Below, piece after piece: positions 40,786-41,147 of a stretch of 41,147 bases of DNA. The position numbers were made by a program, and so were the translations under genes. The stretch spans positions 1 through 41,147 of the forward strand of contig JAEOUE010000206.1 of NCBI GenBank assembly GCA_016839515.1, given 5' to 3'. Numbering within the stretch: position 1 is the first letter of the stretch; every line of letters starts with the position of its first letter. The notes beneath the pieces are model-generated. The model searched no databases. It saw only the letters and a program-made list of their open reading frames with translations, and had not been told where the DNA came from. This stretch comes from Candidatus Hodarchaeum mangrovi. GTDB lineage: Archaea > Asgardarchaeota > Heimdallarchaeia > Hodarchaeales > Hodarchaeaceae.

Positions 40786-41147
40786 ATGGAAAAAAAATGG
40801 ATTATTCCGAATAAACTTGCAGCATCAGGTACACCAACAAACAATAAAGACATCCAAGATTTACATAAGTGGGGAATCAAAGCTATTGTAACAGTCACAG
40901 AATTTTCCTTAATGGAAAGAGGATTCATTGAGAAAGAAATTCTTACTAAATTAAACATTGAATACCTCCATCTTAATATTGCAGATGATTATGGCCCAAC
41001 ACACGATCAGGCAAAAAGATTTATCCAGTTTACAAAACGAATGGAAGATGAACAGAGGCCTTTACTTATTCATTGTATGGGGGGGATTGGACGGACGGGA
41101 ACATTTTTACTTTTGTATTTTATATCCCATGGGTACTCTTTAGTAGA
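40786..41147 (+). CDS. Dual-specificity protein phosphatase (DUSP23-like), runs off window end
   Basis: Manual translation MEKKWIIPNKLAASGTP...GIKAIVTVTE...IADDYGP...LIHCMGGIGRTGT (HCx5R); frame open from ATG 40708; absent from the ORF track. Confidence 0.9.
   Translation, partial: MEKKWIIPNKLAASGTPTNNKDIQDLHKWGIKAIVTVTEFSLMERGFIEKEILTKLNIEYLHLNIADDYGPTHDQAKRFIQFTKRMEDEQRPLLIHCMGGIGRTGTFLLLYFISHGYSLV

Noticed and set aside
31319-41143. Short nested ORFs (31319, 35356, 35366, 37129, 37893, 39480, 40689, 40958)
   Set aside because: Overlap stronger CDSs in another frame or strand
1-41147. CRISPR arrays, tRNA/rRNA, IS elements, integrases
   Set aside because: No regularly spaced repeats, GC-rich structured RNA blocks or transposase motifs seen by eye; small RNAs cannot be excluded without a covariance search

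Overview
AT-rich archaeal window, most likely from an Asgard archaeon (Heimdallarchaeia/Hodarchaeales-like). This is inferred from a stand-alone gelsolin-domain gene, a Rab-like small GTPase, a PGF-type C-terminal sorting signal and Asgard-style giant surface proteins. Layout: (1) 1-7.6 kb: small accessory genes (flavin reductase fragment, SnoaL, ATC-hydrolase-like, two methyltransferases, ABC-2 exporter) with several gene remnants. (2) 8.3-18.2 kb: gelsolin, a Rab-like GTPase with a degenerate P-loop, a ~2,500-aa receptor-like surface protein (probably with a non-AUG start) and a Zn-ribbon protein. (3) 18.3-30 kb: a highly divergent RuBisCO-like protein, an HTH-Zn finger regulator, a LolD/FtsX ABC pair, Pit/DUF47, a paralogous RHH-like pair with an upstream palindrome, radical SAM, transglutaminase and M50 peptidase. 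(4) 30.2-39.7 kb: a divergently arranged haem/electron-transfer locus (cytochrome b, DOMON-like protein, Cys-containing HTH regulator, multihaem cytochrome c with 7 CxxCH plus 2 unusual CxHCM motifs, membrane-anchored (alpha/alpha)6 protein, CcmF). This is the best candidate for an undescribed system. (5) SDR and a truncated dual-specificity phosphatase. I saw no rRNA, tRNA, CRISPR array or transposase. All family calls come from motif recognition by eye, not from database searches.
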